Shown: one piece after another, positions 33,996 to 42,880 of the stretch
Position numbering within the stretch: position 1 is the stretch's first letter
How the letters are laid out: every line of letters begins with the position of its first letter
Source: Clostridia bacterium
GTDB taxonomy: Bacteria; Bacillota; Clostridia; Oscillospirales; Acutalibacteraceae
DNA: 64,000 nucleotides
Assembly (NCBI GenBank): GCA_017398485.1
Contig: JAFQFY010000075.1
Location: 8,768 to 72,767, forward strand
Direction of reading: 5' to 3'
Program-made: the position numbers and the translations under genes
The notes under the pieces: generated by a model
What the model saw: only the letters and a program-made list of their open reading frames with translations
What the model was told of the DNA's origin: nothing
Databases searched by the model: none

Positions 33996-34859
33996 TTATT
34001 TTACGACCGCCTGCCTGTACAAAGCCTGCATGGCGGCGGCATCGGCAGTCTGCGTGCCGGCAGACTCGCAGATAACGGTCGGACACAAGCCGCGCTCGGC
34101 GAGCAGACGCATCAGCGGTGCCGGCTCGGGGCCGAATTGCTCATCCGCGAAGGTGAGATGCTTTTTCTCGCCGCCCACAGTGTATTCGATTTTGGAAAAG
34201 TGGATGTGAAACGCCTTTTGCCGTTCTTTGCCGAGCTGATCGCCGATGCGATCCAGCACGGCGGCAAACGCCTCGGCGGTGTTGGTCTCGCCGCCGGTGC
34301 GGCTGTTTAGGTGACCGAAGTCCACGCACGGCAAAAACCGTTCTTCCGCGCGGCAAAAACCGAGCACCTCGTCAAGCGTCCCGAGCTGATTGATCTTCCC
34401 CATCACCTCGGGACAAACGTGCACGTGACCAAGGTGTTCCGCGTCCAGTGCCGCCTGCGCGCGCAGCAACGTGTCGGTCGCCAGTGCCGCCGCTTCTTCG
34501 CGACTGCGACCGCCCAGACCGCCGGGATGCACGACGATGCGATCGCCGCCCATCTTATCCACCGCGCGCGCGCTTTCCAGGATATAGCGGATACTGTTTT
34601 CACGCTTCTCCTCCTCTGCCGAAGCAAGGGAGATAAAATACGGTGCGTGAAGCGACACGGTGATGCCGTGTTCGCTCGCTTTGCGGCGAATGGCGGCGGC
34701 CGACTCATCGCTGACGCGCACGCCGCGACCGCACTGGTATTCATACGCAGTCAGCCCGCGCTGCTGCAAAAAGCCAAACACCTGCACCGTGGCTTTGTAG
34801 CCGGCGGCGGCGAATTCGTCGCAATTGCCGGCAGGACCGAATAAGGCTGTGTCACGCAT
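33996..34859 (-). CDS. TIM-barrel AP-endonuclease-2 family (endonuclease IV-like) protein
   Basis: 'SLHAPYFISLAS' and 'IVVHPGG' resemble Nfo-type boxes. Start 'MRDTALFGPAGN' at 34859; the ORF-track start 35147 overlaps the upstream gene. Confidence 0.7.
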   Translation of the reverse strand: MRDTALFGPAGNCDEFAAAGYKATVQVFGFLQQRGLTAYEYQCGRGVRVSDESAAAIRRKASEHGITVSLHAPYFISLASAEEEKRENSIRYILESARAVDKMGGDRIVVHPGGLGGRSREEAAALATDTLLRAQAALDAEHLGHVHVCPEVMGKINQLGTLDEVLGFCRAEERFLPCVDFGHLNSRTGGETNTAEAFAAVLDRIGDQLGKERQKAFHIHFSKIEYTVGGEKKHLTFADEQFGPEPAPLMRLLAERGLCPTVICESAGTQTADAAAMQALYRQAVVK

Positions 34860-35376
34860 TTTCGTAATCCCCTTCCCGACGGCGTCTCTGACGCGCGTTG
34901 CGCATGAGCAGACGCTCGATACGCCGTTTGAATACGATGAATTTCTGTTTGACCTCCGGCTCGATCGGTTCGAGCAGCACCGACGGCATACCGGCGAGAT
35001 TGGCGCCGAGAATGTCGGTAAAGATCTGGTCACCCACCACCAAACAATGACGCGGTGAAAATCCCATCGCACGCGCCGCGGCACGATAACCGTGCGGCAG
35101 AGGCTTGGCGGCCTTCGCCTGATAGCCGAGACCCAGCTTTTCGGCAAAGGGGCGCACGCGCTCGTCGCTGTTGTTCGACACCACCATCAGCAAAAAGCCT
35201 GCCTGCCGCACGGTGTCCAGCCACGCGAGGATCGACGCATCCACGGTCGGATCGTCGTGCGGTGTCAGGGTGTTATCCACGTCCAGCAGAATACCCTGCA
35301 CGCCCAAGCGGTGCATAAGCTCCACCGACAGATCGGTAATGCGCCGACGATAGATCGTCGGATAAAACAAGGACAT
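34852..35376 (-). CDS. yqeG: YqeG-family HAD-IIIA phosphatase
   Basis: 'GILLDVDNTLTPH', 'VVSNN' and 'VGDQIFTDILGAN' are HAD motifs I-III in YqeG arrangement. Confidence 0.85.
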   Translation of the reverse strand: MSLFYPTIYRRRITDLSVELMHRLGVQGILLDVDNTLTPHDDPTVDASILAWLDTVRQAGFLLMVVSNNSDERVRPFAEKLGLGYQAKAAKPLPHGYRAAARAMGFSPRHCLVVGDQIFTDILGANLAGMPSVLLEPIEPEVKQKFIVFKRRIERLLMRNARQRRRREGDYENA

Positions 35377-35436
35377 ATCGTACGCCTCCTTTCCAAAACA
35401 AAAAGCGAGCAGAGTGTCTGCTCGCTTTTTCCACGC

Positions 35437-35613
35437 TTATTTGTATTTTCTCTTGCGCGCAGCTTCCGATTTCTTTTTACGTTTTACGGAAGGTTTCTCG
35501 TAGTGCTCTCTCTTACGCACCTCGGCGAGAACGCCGGAGCGAGCGCAAGACTTTTTCCATCTGCGCAGAGCACTGTCCAGAGATTCATTTTCTTTGACAT
35601 GGACTTCTGACAT
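35437..35613 (-). CDS. rpsU: 30S ribosomal protein S21
   Basis: [71 protein letters not shown]. Terminator hairpin at 35396-35430. Confidence 0.95.
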   Translation of the reverse strand: MSEVHVKENESLDSALRRWKKSCARSGVLAEVRKREHYEKPSVKRKKKSEAARKRKYK

Positions 35614-35668
35614 CTTTATTCCCTCCCTCCGCTGTCTAGCAGGGGTAATCTGCAATAATGCATGGTCT

Positions 35669-35697
35669 ATTATACCGAATTATGCGACTCTCGTCAA
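35669..35697 (-). promoter_or_regulatory. promoter TTGACG-17-TATAAT upstream of rpsU
   Basis: -35 is complementary to 35692-35697 and -10 to 35669-35674, with an exact 17-nt spacer. Confidence 0.55.
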
Positions 35698-35741
35698 GAG
35701 AAATTTGCTTTTTTCTCAAAGATTTTTCGTCACGCGGTCGA

Positions 35742-38168
35742 TTATTGCGGTTTGACAACGATATTGACCAGCTTACCGGGGACGTACAGTTCCTTAACGA
35801 TCTGCATGCCGTCAAGTGCCGTTGCAACCTTCTCGTCTGCTTTGGCGGCGGCGATGGCATCCGCTGAAGCGATGTCGGCTGCCACTGCGATGCGGTTGCG
35901 GATCTTGCCGTTGACCTGCAAGGCGATCTCCACCGTGTCCTCAACGCACTTCGACTCGTCGTAGGTCGGCCACGCCTCATACGCAATCGTATCCGCATGA
36001 CCGAGCGCCTGCCACATTTCCTCGCCCACATGCGGCGTGATGCAGGAAAGCATCTTGATAAAGCCCTCGGCGTATTCCTTCGGGCAAGAACCGACCTTAT
36101 ACACCTCGTTGACGAAGATCATCATCTGTGCGATGGCAGTGTTGAAACCGAGCACCTCAAAGTCGTTCGTGACCTTCTTGACGGTCTGATGGTAAATCTT
36201 GGTCAGCTTATCATCGTTCGTATCCGTGATATTGCCCGGCTCGGTGAAGAAGTTCCAAACGCGATTAATAAACTTTCTCGCACCGGCGACCGCGGTGGTC
36301 GACCACGGCTTCGACACCTCGAGCGGGCCCATAAACATTTCGTACAAGCGCAGGGTGTCCGCGCCGTAATCACGCACGATATCGCTGGGATTGACCACGA
36401 ACTCGGGGAAGCGCTTGCCCATCTTGATGCCGTTTTCACCGAGGATCATGCCCTGGTGTACCAGTTTCATGAACGGCTCCTTGACAGGCGAAATGCCCTC
36501 GTCATACAGGAAGCGGTTCCAGATACGCGCATACATCAAGTGACCGACCGCATGCTCGGGACCGCCGACGTACAGATCGACCGGCAGCCAGTGCTTGAGC
36601 AGGACGGGATCGCACAGTGCCTTGTCGTTGTGCGGATCAATATAGCGCATGAAATACCACGACGAGCCGGCGGAACCGGGCATCGTGGAGGTCTCACGCA
36701 AGCCTTTAAGACCGTTTTTATCGTAGTGCTTCCATTCCTCGGCGTTTTCGAGCGGCGCCTGACCGCCGCGGCCCTTATAGTCCTCCAGCACCGGCAGAAT
36801 GACCGGCAGTTCTTCGTCGGGCAGGAACACCGTCTCGCCGTCCTCGGTGTAAACGCACGGCACCGGCTCGCCCCAGTAGCGCTGGCGCGCGAATATCCAC
36901 TCTCGGAAGTGGTAGTTTGTCTTACGGCGCGCGACGCCCATACCCTCAAGCTTGCAGGTGATGGCCTCCTTGGCCTGCTCCACCGTCATGCCGGTGAACT
37001 CCTCGGAGTTGACAAGCTTACAGCCTTTACCCAGGTAATCCTGCTTTTCAAACGCACAATCGGACACGTCGCGGCCCTCAATGACCTGCAACATCGGAAT
37101 GTTGTGCACGATCGCGTATTCGAAGTCGCGCTGGTCGTGGCTGGGCACCGCCATGACCGCGCCCGTGCCGTAGTTGGCAAGCACGAAGTCACCGATGAAC
37201 ACCGGCACCTCCTTGCCGTTGACGGGGTTAATGGCGTAGACGCCCTTGAGAGGACAGCCGGACTTGCCTTTGTTGAGGTCGGTGCGGTCCATATCCGATT
37301 TCTTGACGGTCTCGTCTATGTACGCCTGCACCTCGTCACGGTTTTCCACGCGATCGAGAAGGCTCGCGGTGATCTTACCGTCGGGCGCGAGCACCATGAA
37401 GGTGATACCGTAGATGGTTTCGATACAGGTGGTGTAGATGGAGAACTCACCGCCGCCGACGAGCTTGAAGTCAACCTCCACGCCGGTGGATTTGCCGATC
37501 CAGTTGCGCTGAATCTCTTTGGTCGATTCGGGCCAGTTGATCTCGTCAAGTCCGGCAAGCAGCTTTTCCGCAAAAGCAGGCTGATCGATGACCCACTGCA
37601 TCATGTTCTTTTTAACAACCGGATAGCCGCCGCGCTCGGATTTTCCGTCGATAACCTCGTCGTTGGACAGCACCGTGCCCAGTTCCTCGCACCAGTTGAC
37701 CGGCATCTCAATGCGTTTGGCATAGCCCTTCTCCCACAGTTTCTTAAAGATCCACTGCGTCCACTTGTAGAATTCGGGGTCGGAGGTGGCGGTCATCTTG
37801 GACCAGTCATAGTCGAAGCCGAGTTCCTTGAGCTGCTTGGAGAAGGTCTTGATATTTTCCTGTGTGAAGCCGTTGGGATGATTACCCGTCGACACAGCGT
37901 ATTGCTCCGCCGGCAGACCGAACGAGTCGTAGCCCATCGGGTGCAACACGTTATAGCCCTGCATGCGCTTCATGCGGGACATAATATCCGTGGCGGTGTA
38001 GCCCTCGGGATGACCGGCGTGCAGACCGACGCCCGACGGATACGGGAACATATCCAACACGTAGTACTTGGGTTTAGAGAAATCCCACACGTCGGTCTTA
38101 AAGGTTTCGTTCTCTTCCCAATACTGCTGCCATTTTTTCTCAATTTCTGCCGGATTGTAATGTGCCAT
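35742..38168 (-). CDS. leuS: leucine--tRNA ligase
   Basis: N-terminus 'MAHYNPAEIEKKWQQYWEEN', HIGH-type 'GLHAGHPEGY' and KMSKS-type 'KMGKR'. Length about 808 aa. The ORF-track start 38243 overlaps rsfS. Confidence 0.95.
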   Translation of the reverse strand: MAHYNPAEIEKKWQQYWEENETFKTDVWDFSKPKYYVLDMFPYPSGVGLHAGHPEGYTATDIMSRMKRMQGYNVLHPMGYDSFGLPAEQYAVSTGNHPNGFTQENIKTFSKQLKELGFDYDWSKMTATSDPEFYKWTQWIFKKLWEKGYAKRIEMPVNWCEELGTVLSNDEVIDGKSERGGYPVVKKNMMQWVIDQPAFAEKLLAGLDEINWPESTKEIQRNWIGKSTGVEVDFKLVGGGEFSIYTTCIETIYGITFMVLAPDGKITASLLDRVENRDEVQAYIDETVKKSDMDRTDLNKGKSGCPLKGVYAINPVNGKEVPVFIGDFVLANYGTGAVMAVPSHDQRDFEYAIVHNIPMLQVIEGRDVSDCAFEKQDYLGKGCKLVNSEEFTGMTVEQAKEAITCKLEGMGVARRKTNYHFREWIFARQRYWGEPVPCVYTEDGETVFLPDEELPVILPVLEDYKGRGGQAPLENAEEWKHYDKNGLKGLRETSTMPGSAGSSWYFMRYIDPHNDKALCDPVLLKHWLPVDLYVGGPEHAVGHLMYARIWNRFLYDEGISPVKEPFMKLVHQGMILGENGIKMGKRFPEFVVNPSDIVRDYGADTLRLYEMFMGPLEVSKPWSTTAVAGARKFINRVWNFFTEPGNITDTNDDKLTKIYHQTVKKVTNDFEVLGFNTAIAQMMIFVNEVYKVGSCPKEYAEGFIKMLSCITPHVGEEMWQALGHADTIAYEAWPTYDESKCVEDTVEIALQVNGKIRNRIAVAADIASADAIAAAKADEKVATALDGMQIVKELYVPGKLVNIVVKPQ

Positions 38169-38188
38169 AATCCTATATCTCCTTGTGC

Positions 38189-38551
38189 TCAAGATTCTTG
38201 TATCAAATATGGGGTGATATCCACGCGCGCAGCGTCGGTCCATAAGCGCTCGAGGTCGTAGAACTCACGCGTTTCGCGACAAAAGACGTGCACGAGCAGG
38301 TCGCCGTAGTCGAGGGTGATCCAGTCGCCCGTGCGATAACCCTCAATACGCTTGGGATGCACTCCTTCGCGCGCGAGTTCCTGCTCGACGTAGTCCGACA
38401 GGCTGCGTACGTTGGTCGCGCTCGTGCCGGTCGCAAGCAGAAAATAATCCGCAATCGAGGTCACGCCCGACACCCTTAACGCCAGCAGGTCCTCGCCCTT
38501 GTGCTTATCCAAGGACATGACCGCGTGCTGTAAAATTTGCTGTGCTTCCAT
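38189..38551 (-). CDS. rsfS: ribosome silencing factor RsfS
   Basis: 120 aa; 'DYFLLATGTSATNVRSLSDYV' and 'WITLDYGDLLVHVF' are typical of RsfS/YbeB. Confidence 0.9.
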   Translation of the reverse strand: MEAQQILQHAVMSLDKHKGEDLLALRVSGVTSIADYFLLATGTSATNVRSLSDYVEQELAREGVHPKRIEGYRTGDWITLDYGDLLVHVFCRETREFYDLERLWTDAARVDITPYLIQES

Positions 38552-38563
38552 GAAAACTCCTTA

Positions 38564-39826
38564 TTACTCCTCGGTCGCTTTGACCAATACCTGATCGAGA
38601 GTAGTGATTGCCGCGTCGACCTCGGGCGGATTTTGTTTGAGCTCGGGCACCGTGACGGTGGTGTCGTCCAGCGCCAGCCCGTAAGGGTTCATATACTGAC
38701 CGAGCAGAGCGAGCGTCTGCGTCTTATTGACACTGTATACGGTCGACGTGCCGCGTTTGACACTGACGCCGGGCAGCGTACAATAGGTGATATCCTCCAT
38801 ATCCACACGCCCGATGTCATGTATGAATGCCGCGAGCGCCGCGATATACTTGACATTCTCCGCACGGCTTTCGGAGATGTCCATCAAGCGCGCCTTGCCG
38901 AACGAGGTGGTGTCGTAGCGGATGGGATCGGCACCGAGCATCACGCCCGACAGCACGTCCTTGACCGCCGCGTTGTACAATTCGCTTTCCTTATATTCGG
39001 ACAGGCGAGCAAGCAGGCTCGCGAACAACTGACGCTGGCGCAGCAACCGCGCGCGGTCGGCGTCCGGCGTGCCGTTATAGTTGTATTCGACGGCGTAATA
39101 TACCGCCGCCTTGCCGGACAGCGTCTGCACACCTTTTTTGTATTGTACCTCGTCGAGCGTGAAATCGCCGTCGAGGTTCATATCTACTCCGCCGACCTCG
39201 TCGATGAGTTTAGCGAGTCCGTCGCGCGGAACGACCAGATAGTTGTCGATCGGCAGACCGTATTGTTTGTTGAACACCGCGGCAAGATCCGTAAAGGACG
39301 AGCCGACGCGTGAAGTCAGCTTCGTGCCGCACACCGTGTGCTCGTCGCCGCTGATCTCGTCGGCGGCAGTCACCTTACAGCGGCAGGTATCGCACCATGT
39401 CAGCGGCGAGGGATTGCCCCACACGTCACCGACGACACTTGCGGCAAAGGTGCCGTCCTCACCGAGATAGGTCGCCACCGGCAACTGCAACACGGTGATC
39501 TTATCCGCCTTACGGTCGTAACACATCACCGCAACCATATCCATGCGGTCGGTGGACTTGTCGCCGAGCACGCCCAGCGCAAAATACGATACCTTGCCGG
39601 CGATGTCGTCGGGCGTGACGGTATACTGTACGGTCTCGCGCGCGGTGAGCGACGGGCCTTGCTCGTCACAGCCGCGCACGAACAGCGCCACGAGCAACGC
39701 AACCACCAGCACGACCGCGATGATGATCAAACGGATACGTTTTTTCTGCGTGGTGGTCTTGGTCTCTCGCTTGCCGGCGGCGGCGCCGGCGAGACTAACC
39801 TGTTTTGGCTTCTGATTGTCATTCAT
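38564..39826 (-). CDS. LytR-CpsA-Psr (LCP) family cell-envelope protein
   Basis: N-terminal TM helix followed by 'DRMDMVAVMCYDRKADKITVLQLPVATYL' and 'GLPIDNYLVV', which are LCP-type blocks. Confidence 0.8.
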   Translation of the reverse strand: MNDNQKPKQVSLAGAAAGKRETKTTTQKKRIRLIIIAVVLVVALLVALFVRGCDEQGPSLTARETVQYTVTPDDIAGKVSYFALGVLGDKSTDRMDMVAVMCYDRKADKITVLQLPVATYLGEDGTFAASVVGDVWGNPSPLTWCDTCRCKVTAADEISGDEHTVCGTKLTSRVGSSFTDLAAVFNKQYGLPIDNYLVVPRDGLAKLIDEVGGVDMNLDGDFTLDEVQYKKGVQTLSGKAAVYYAVEYNYNGTPDADRARLLRQRQLFASLLARLSEYKESELYNAAVKDVLSGVMLGADPIRYDTTSFGKARLMDISESRAENVKYIAALAAFIHDIGRVDMEDITYCTLPGVSVKRGTSTVYSVNKTQTLALLGQYMNPYGLALDDTTVTVPELKQNPPEVDAAITTLDQVLVKATEE

Positions 39827-41024
39827 GCGTTTGCCCTCCTGCCATCTTGGCCAGTATCAGCTCGTTGTAGACGGCCAGCGTATCCGGATGGATCGCCTGT
39901 CCTCGGTTGAGCAGGTCGTGAATGGTATACGCCAGCGCGTATTCCATCGTTTCTTCGAGGGAAATGTCACTCAGCCGACGGATCTCGTCGACGTCGGGAT
40001 AGTTGCGGTCTGCGGAGGTGAAATCCGCGACGAACACGATCTTCTCGAGCAACGACATGCCGGCGCGGCCGGTGGTATGATACCGCACGGCGTTTACGAT
40101 TTCCGCATCGCCGACATGCAGGATCTTATCAATGAATACCGCACCGACGCGTGCGTGCCACAGCTTCTTGACCTGCCGTTCCACTCCGTCCAACAGTATA
40201 GCAAAGTCGTCAAGAATTTGCAACTGTGTATTGGGATCGGTATCCTTCATAATATCGTGCAAAAGTCCGGCGGTATACGCTTTTTTCTCGTCACCGCCGT
40301 AGCGTTTCGCCAGACGCTTCGCCTCGTCGGCGACGCACAGCGAATGGTGATAGCGATAATCGCCCAGCCGCGCGCGGATGATGGCGCGGAATTGCTCGTC
40401 GCGGTCGCCCGTCTGCGCCGCGGCGGTACTGTACAGTCCGTGCGCGCGGATATAGTCTTCCACGCCGTCGGGCAATAATCCGTCGATCGGCTCATTTGAC
40501 GCCAGACGCTCGCGAACGTCGCTCGAGGACACGGTCGTCACCGCCGCATCCGCAACGAAGCACCGCGCACCTTGCTGCTGCAAGGTCGCCGCGTATTCGC
40601 GTAGCCTTTGCCCGTCGGTGCCGTCGCGCGGCACGGTGCACAAGGTCGCCATTGCGGCAATATCCGCAAAGCGATACCAACTGCGCATGGTGCAAAACAT
40701 ATCCGCACCGGTGAACAGATACCATGCAGTGTCGGGATACTGCTCGGATAATTCTGTCAGCGTATCCACCGTGAAGCTCGCACCGCCGCGCGTGATCTCC
40801 ATATCCGAAACGGTGATCTTCGCATACGGCTCGGCGGCGATGCGGCACATCGCCAGACGATCGGCGGCAGGAGTGAGCGACTCTTTAACTTTATGCGGCG
40901 GAACGTGGGTGGGCATGAGTATGACGCTGTCCAGCGCGAGCGCATCTGCCAAGCGCAACGCCGTCTCGATATGTCCCCGATGAATCGGGTCGAACGTACC
41001 GCCAAACAAAGCGATCTTTTTCAT
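39819..41024 (-). CDS. nadD: fusion protein: nicotinate-nucleotide adenylyltransferase NadD plus HD-domain YqeK phosphohydrolase
   Basis: N-terminus 'IALFGGTFDPIHRGH'. C-terminal HD domain ('RYHHSLCVADEA', 'GLLHDIMKD'). ATG 41024 follows AAAGGGGA. Confidence 0.85.
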   Translation of the reverse strand: MKKIALFGGTFDPIHRGHIETALRLADALALDSVILMPTHVPPHKVKESLTPAADRLAMCRIAAEPYAKITVSDMEITRGGASFTVDTLTELSEQYPDTAWYLFTGADMFCTMRSWYRFADIAAMATLCTVPRDGTDGQRLREYAATLQQQGARCFVADAAVTTVSSSDVRERLASNEPIDGLLPDGVEDYIRAHGLYSTAAAQTGDRDEQFRAIIRARLGDYRYHHSLCVADEAKRLAKRYGGDEKKAYTAGLLHDIMKDTDPNTQLQILDDFAILLDGVERQVKKLWHARVGAVFIDKILHVGDAEIVNAVRYHTTGRAGMSLLEKIVFVADFTSADRNYPDVDEIRRLSDISLEETMEYALAYTIHDLLNRGQAIHPDTLAVYNELILAKMAGGQTHE

Positions 41025-41056
41025 GCCCATTCCCCTTTCCGTAAAATCATCATGCA

Positions 41057-41362
41057 TTATCGCGGCAATTTGATCTGCGATTCCTTTTCATTCTGACGGA
41101 ACAGCACGAAGGTGCGCCCGATCACGTGCACCACCTCGGCATTTACCGCCGCGGCGATCTGCTCGGCGATCTCACGCGCCGAAGCCGGCGCCGTTTCCAG
41201 CGCCTTGCCCTTGATGATCTCGCGCGCAGTCAGCGCATCGTCTGCCTGCTTGATCATAGCATCCGACACGCCGCCTTTACCGGCGTGTACGATGGGTTCG
41301 AGTTTATTCGCTAAAGAGCGTAAATACGCGCGTTGTTTGCTGGTCATAGGTTGGTTCCTCAC
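41057..41362 (-). CDS. yhbY: YhbY/CRS1-type RNA-binding protein
   Basis: 101 aa with 'LRSLANKLEPIVHAGKGGVSDAMIKQADDAL..REIIKGK'. Confidence 0.88.
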   Translation of the reverse strand: MRNQPMTSKQRAYLRSLANKLEPIVHAGKGGVSDAMIKQADDALTAREIIKGKALETAPASAREIAEQIAAAVNAEVVHVIGRTFVLFRQNEKESQIKLPR

Positions 41363-41952
41363 TTGTTCAGATACTCTTTCAGCTTCTCCGCAAACGCCGC
41401 CAGTGCGCGACCGCGGTGGCTGATGGCGTCCTTTTCCGCCGCCGACATTTCGGCGGTGGTGCGATCCCCGACGTAGAACAGCGGATCGTAGCCAAAGCCG
41501 TTCTTGCCCTTGGCCTCAAAGCCGATCTCGCCGCGCACGATACCCTCACTGCGCAACACGTCGCCGTTGGGGAACACGCAGCACACGGCGGATACGAACT
41601 GTGCCTGCCGCTGACCGACGGGGATATCTTTCATGTTTTTGAGCAACAGATCGTTGCGATCATTGTCGTCGAGGCCTTCGCCGCCGTAGCGTGCCGAATA
41701 CACGCCCGGCTCGCCGCCGAGCGCGTCCACCGCGATACCGGAATCATCCGCGATGGCAGGCATGTCGGCGAACTTACACGCCGCCTGCGCTTTGATAAAC
41801 GCGTTTTCGGCAAAGGTCGTGCCGGTCTCCTCCACCTCGGGCAAAGCGATGCCAAGGTCGCGGTCGGTCACCGCCTCGATACCGAGCGGCTCAAGAATGC
41901 GGCTGATCTCCGCTAATTTATGCGCGTTATGGGTGGCAATAATATATTTCAT
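41359..41952 (-). CDS. rdgB: XTP/dITP diphosphatase (Ham1/RdgB family)
   Basis: 'IIATHNAHKLAEI' and 'GFGYDPLF'. ATG 41952 is preferred over the GTG at 41964. Confidence 0.9.
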   Translation of the reverse strand: MKYIIATHNAHKLAEISRILEPLGIEAVTDRDLGIALPEVEETGTTFAENAFIKAQAACKFADMPAIADDSGIAVDALGGEPGVYSARYGGEGLDDNDRNDLLLKNMKDIPVGQRQAQFVSAVCCVFPNGDVLRSEGIVRGEIGFEAKGKNGFGYDPLFYVGDRTTAEMSAAEKDAISHRGRALAAFAEKLKEYLNK

Positions 41953-41960
41953 ACCAAAAA

Positions 41961-42869
41961 TCACTCCTCAAACAAAGCCTCGGCAAACTGCACGGGGTCA
42001 AAAGGTTGCAGATCATCCACGCCCTCACCGACGCCGATGAATTTGACCGGCACCTGCAGATCCTCGCGGATCGCAAGCACCACGCCGCCGCGTGCGGTGC
42101 CGTCGAGCTTGGTCAGCACGATGCCGGTGATGCCGGCAGCCTGCTTAAACTCGCGCGCTTGGTTGACGGCGTTTTGTCCCGTGGTGGCGTCCACCACCAG
42201 CAGAATCTCCTTATCGGCTTCGGGCAATTCACGGTCGATGACGCGACCGATCTTTGCCAATTCGTCCATAAGATTTTTCTTATTGTGCAGACGGCCGGCG
42301 GTGTCGCAGATGACCACGTCAGCGCCGCGCGCCTTTGCCGCCGCGACGGTGTCGAATACCACCGCCGCCGGATCGGCACCCTGCGCGTGCTTGACGATAT
42401 CCACGGCGGCGCGCTGTGCCCAGATCTCTAACTGTTCGATGGCGGCGGCGCGGAAGGTATCTGCCGCGCCGAGGATGACTTTTTTACCGTCGGCCTTGAA
42501 GCGTGCCGCCATCTTGCCGATGGTGGTAGTCTTGCCCACACCGTTGACGCCGATGACTAAAATGGCCGACGGCTTGGTGTTCATGGCAAGCTCCTGGCCG
42601 CCCTCCAGCATACCGGCGACCGTCTCTTTGAGCAAGTCGCGGATGGCGGTGGGATCGGTAACGCCGCGTTGCTTGACCGTCGCGCGCAATTCTTCGCAGA
42701 TACGCGACGCGGTGGCGGTGCCGACGTCCCCGAGCACCAATATCTCCTCAAGTTCCTCGAACAACTCCTCGTCGATGCGCGTAAAGCTGTGCAGCATGGA
42801 ATTCATCGACTGCATCATAGCGTCGCGCGTTTTCTTTAATCCTTGACCGATCTTGCTAAACAGCCCCAT
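41961..42869 (-). CDS. ftsY: signal recognition particle receptor FtsY
   Basis: NG domain with 'GVNGVGKTTTIGK', 'DTAGR' and 'TKLDGTARGG'. Confidence 0.95.
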   Translation of the reverse strand: MGLFSKIGQGLKKTRDAMMQSMNSMLHSFTRIDEELFEELEEILVLGDVGTATASRICEELRATVKQRGVTDPTAIRDLLKETVAGMLEGGQELAMNTKPSAILVIGVNGVGKTTTIGKMAARFKADGKKVILGAADTFRAAAIEQLEIWAQRAAVDIVKHAQGADPAAVVFDTVAAAKARGADVVICDTAGRLHNKKNLMDELAKIGRVIDRELPEADKEILLVVDATTGQNAVNQAREFKQAAGITGIVLTKLDGTARGGVVLAIREDLQVPVKFIGVGEGVDDLQPFDPVQFAEALFEE

Positions 42870-42880
42870 ACGGCGCCTCC

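Noticed and set aside
29240-34310. Long plus-strand ORFs 29240-31093, 31014-31778 and 32703-34310
   Set aside because: They are antisense to the two GH3 genes, the acidic zinc-ribbon gene and efp. No motifs or RBS are present, and the coding signal clearly belongs to the minus strand.
35997-38261. 754-aa plus-strand ORF
   Set aside because: It is entirely antisense to leuS, which has unmistakable LeuRS motifs. The product is Arg/Leu/His-rich low-information sequence typical of the antisense frame of GC-rich genes, and it has no RBS.
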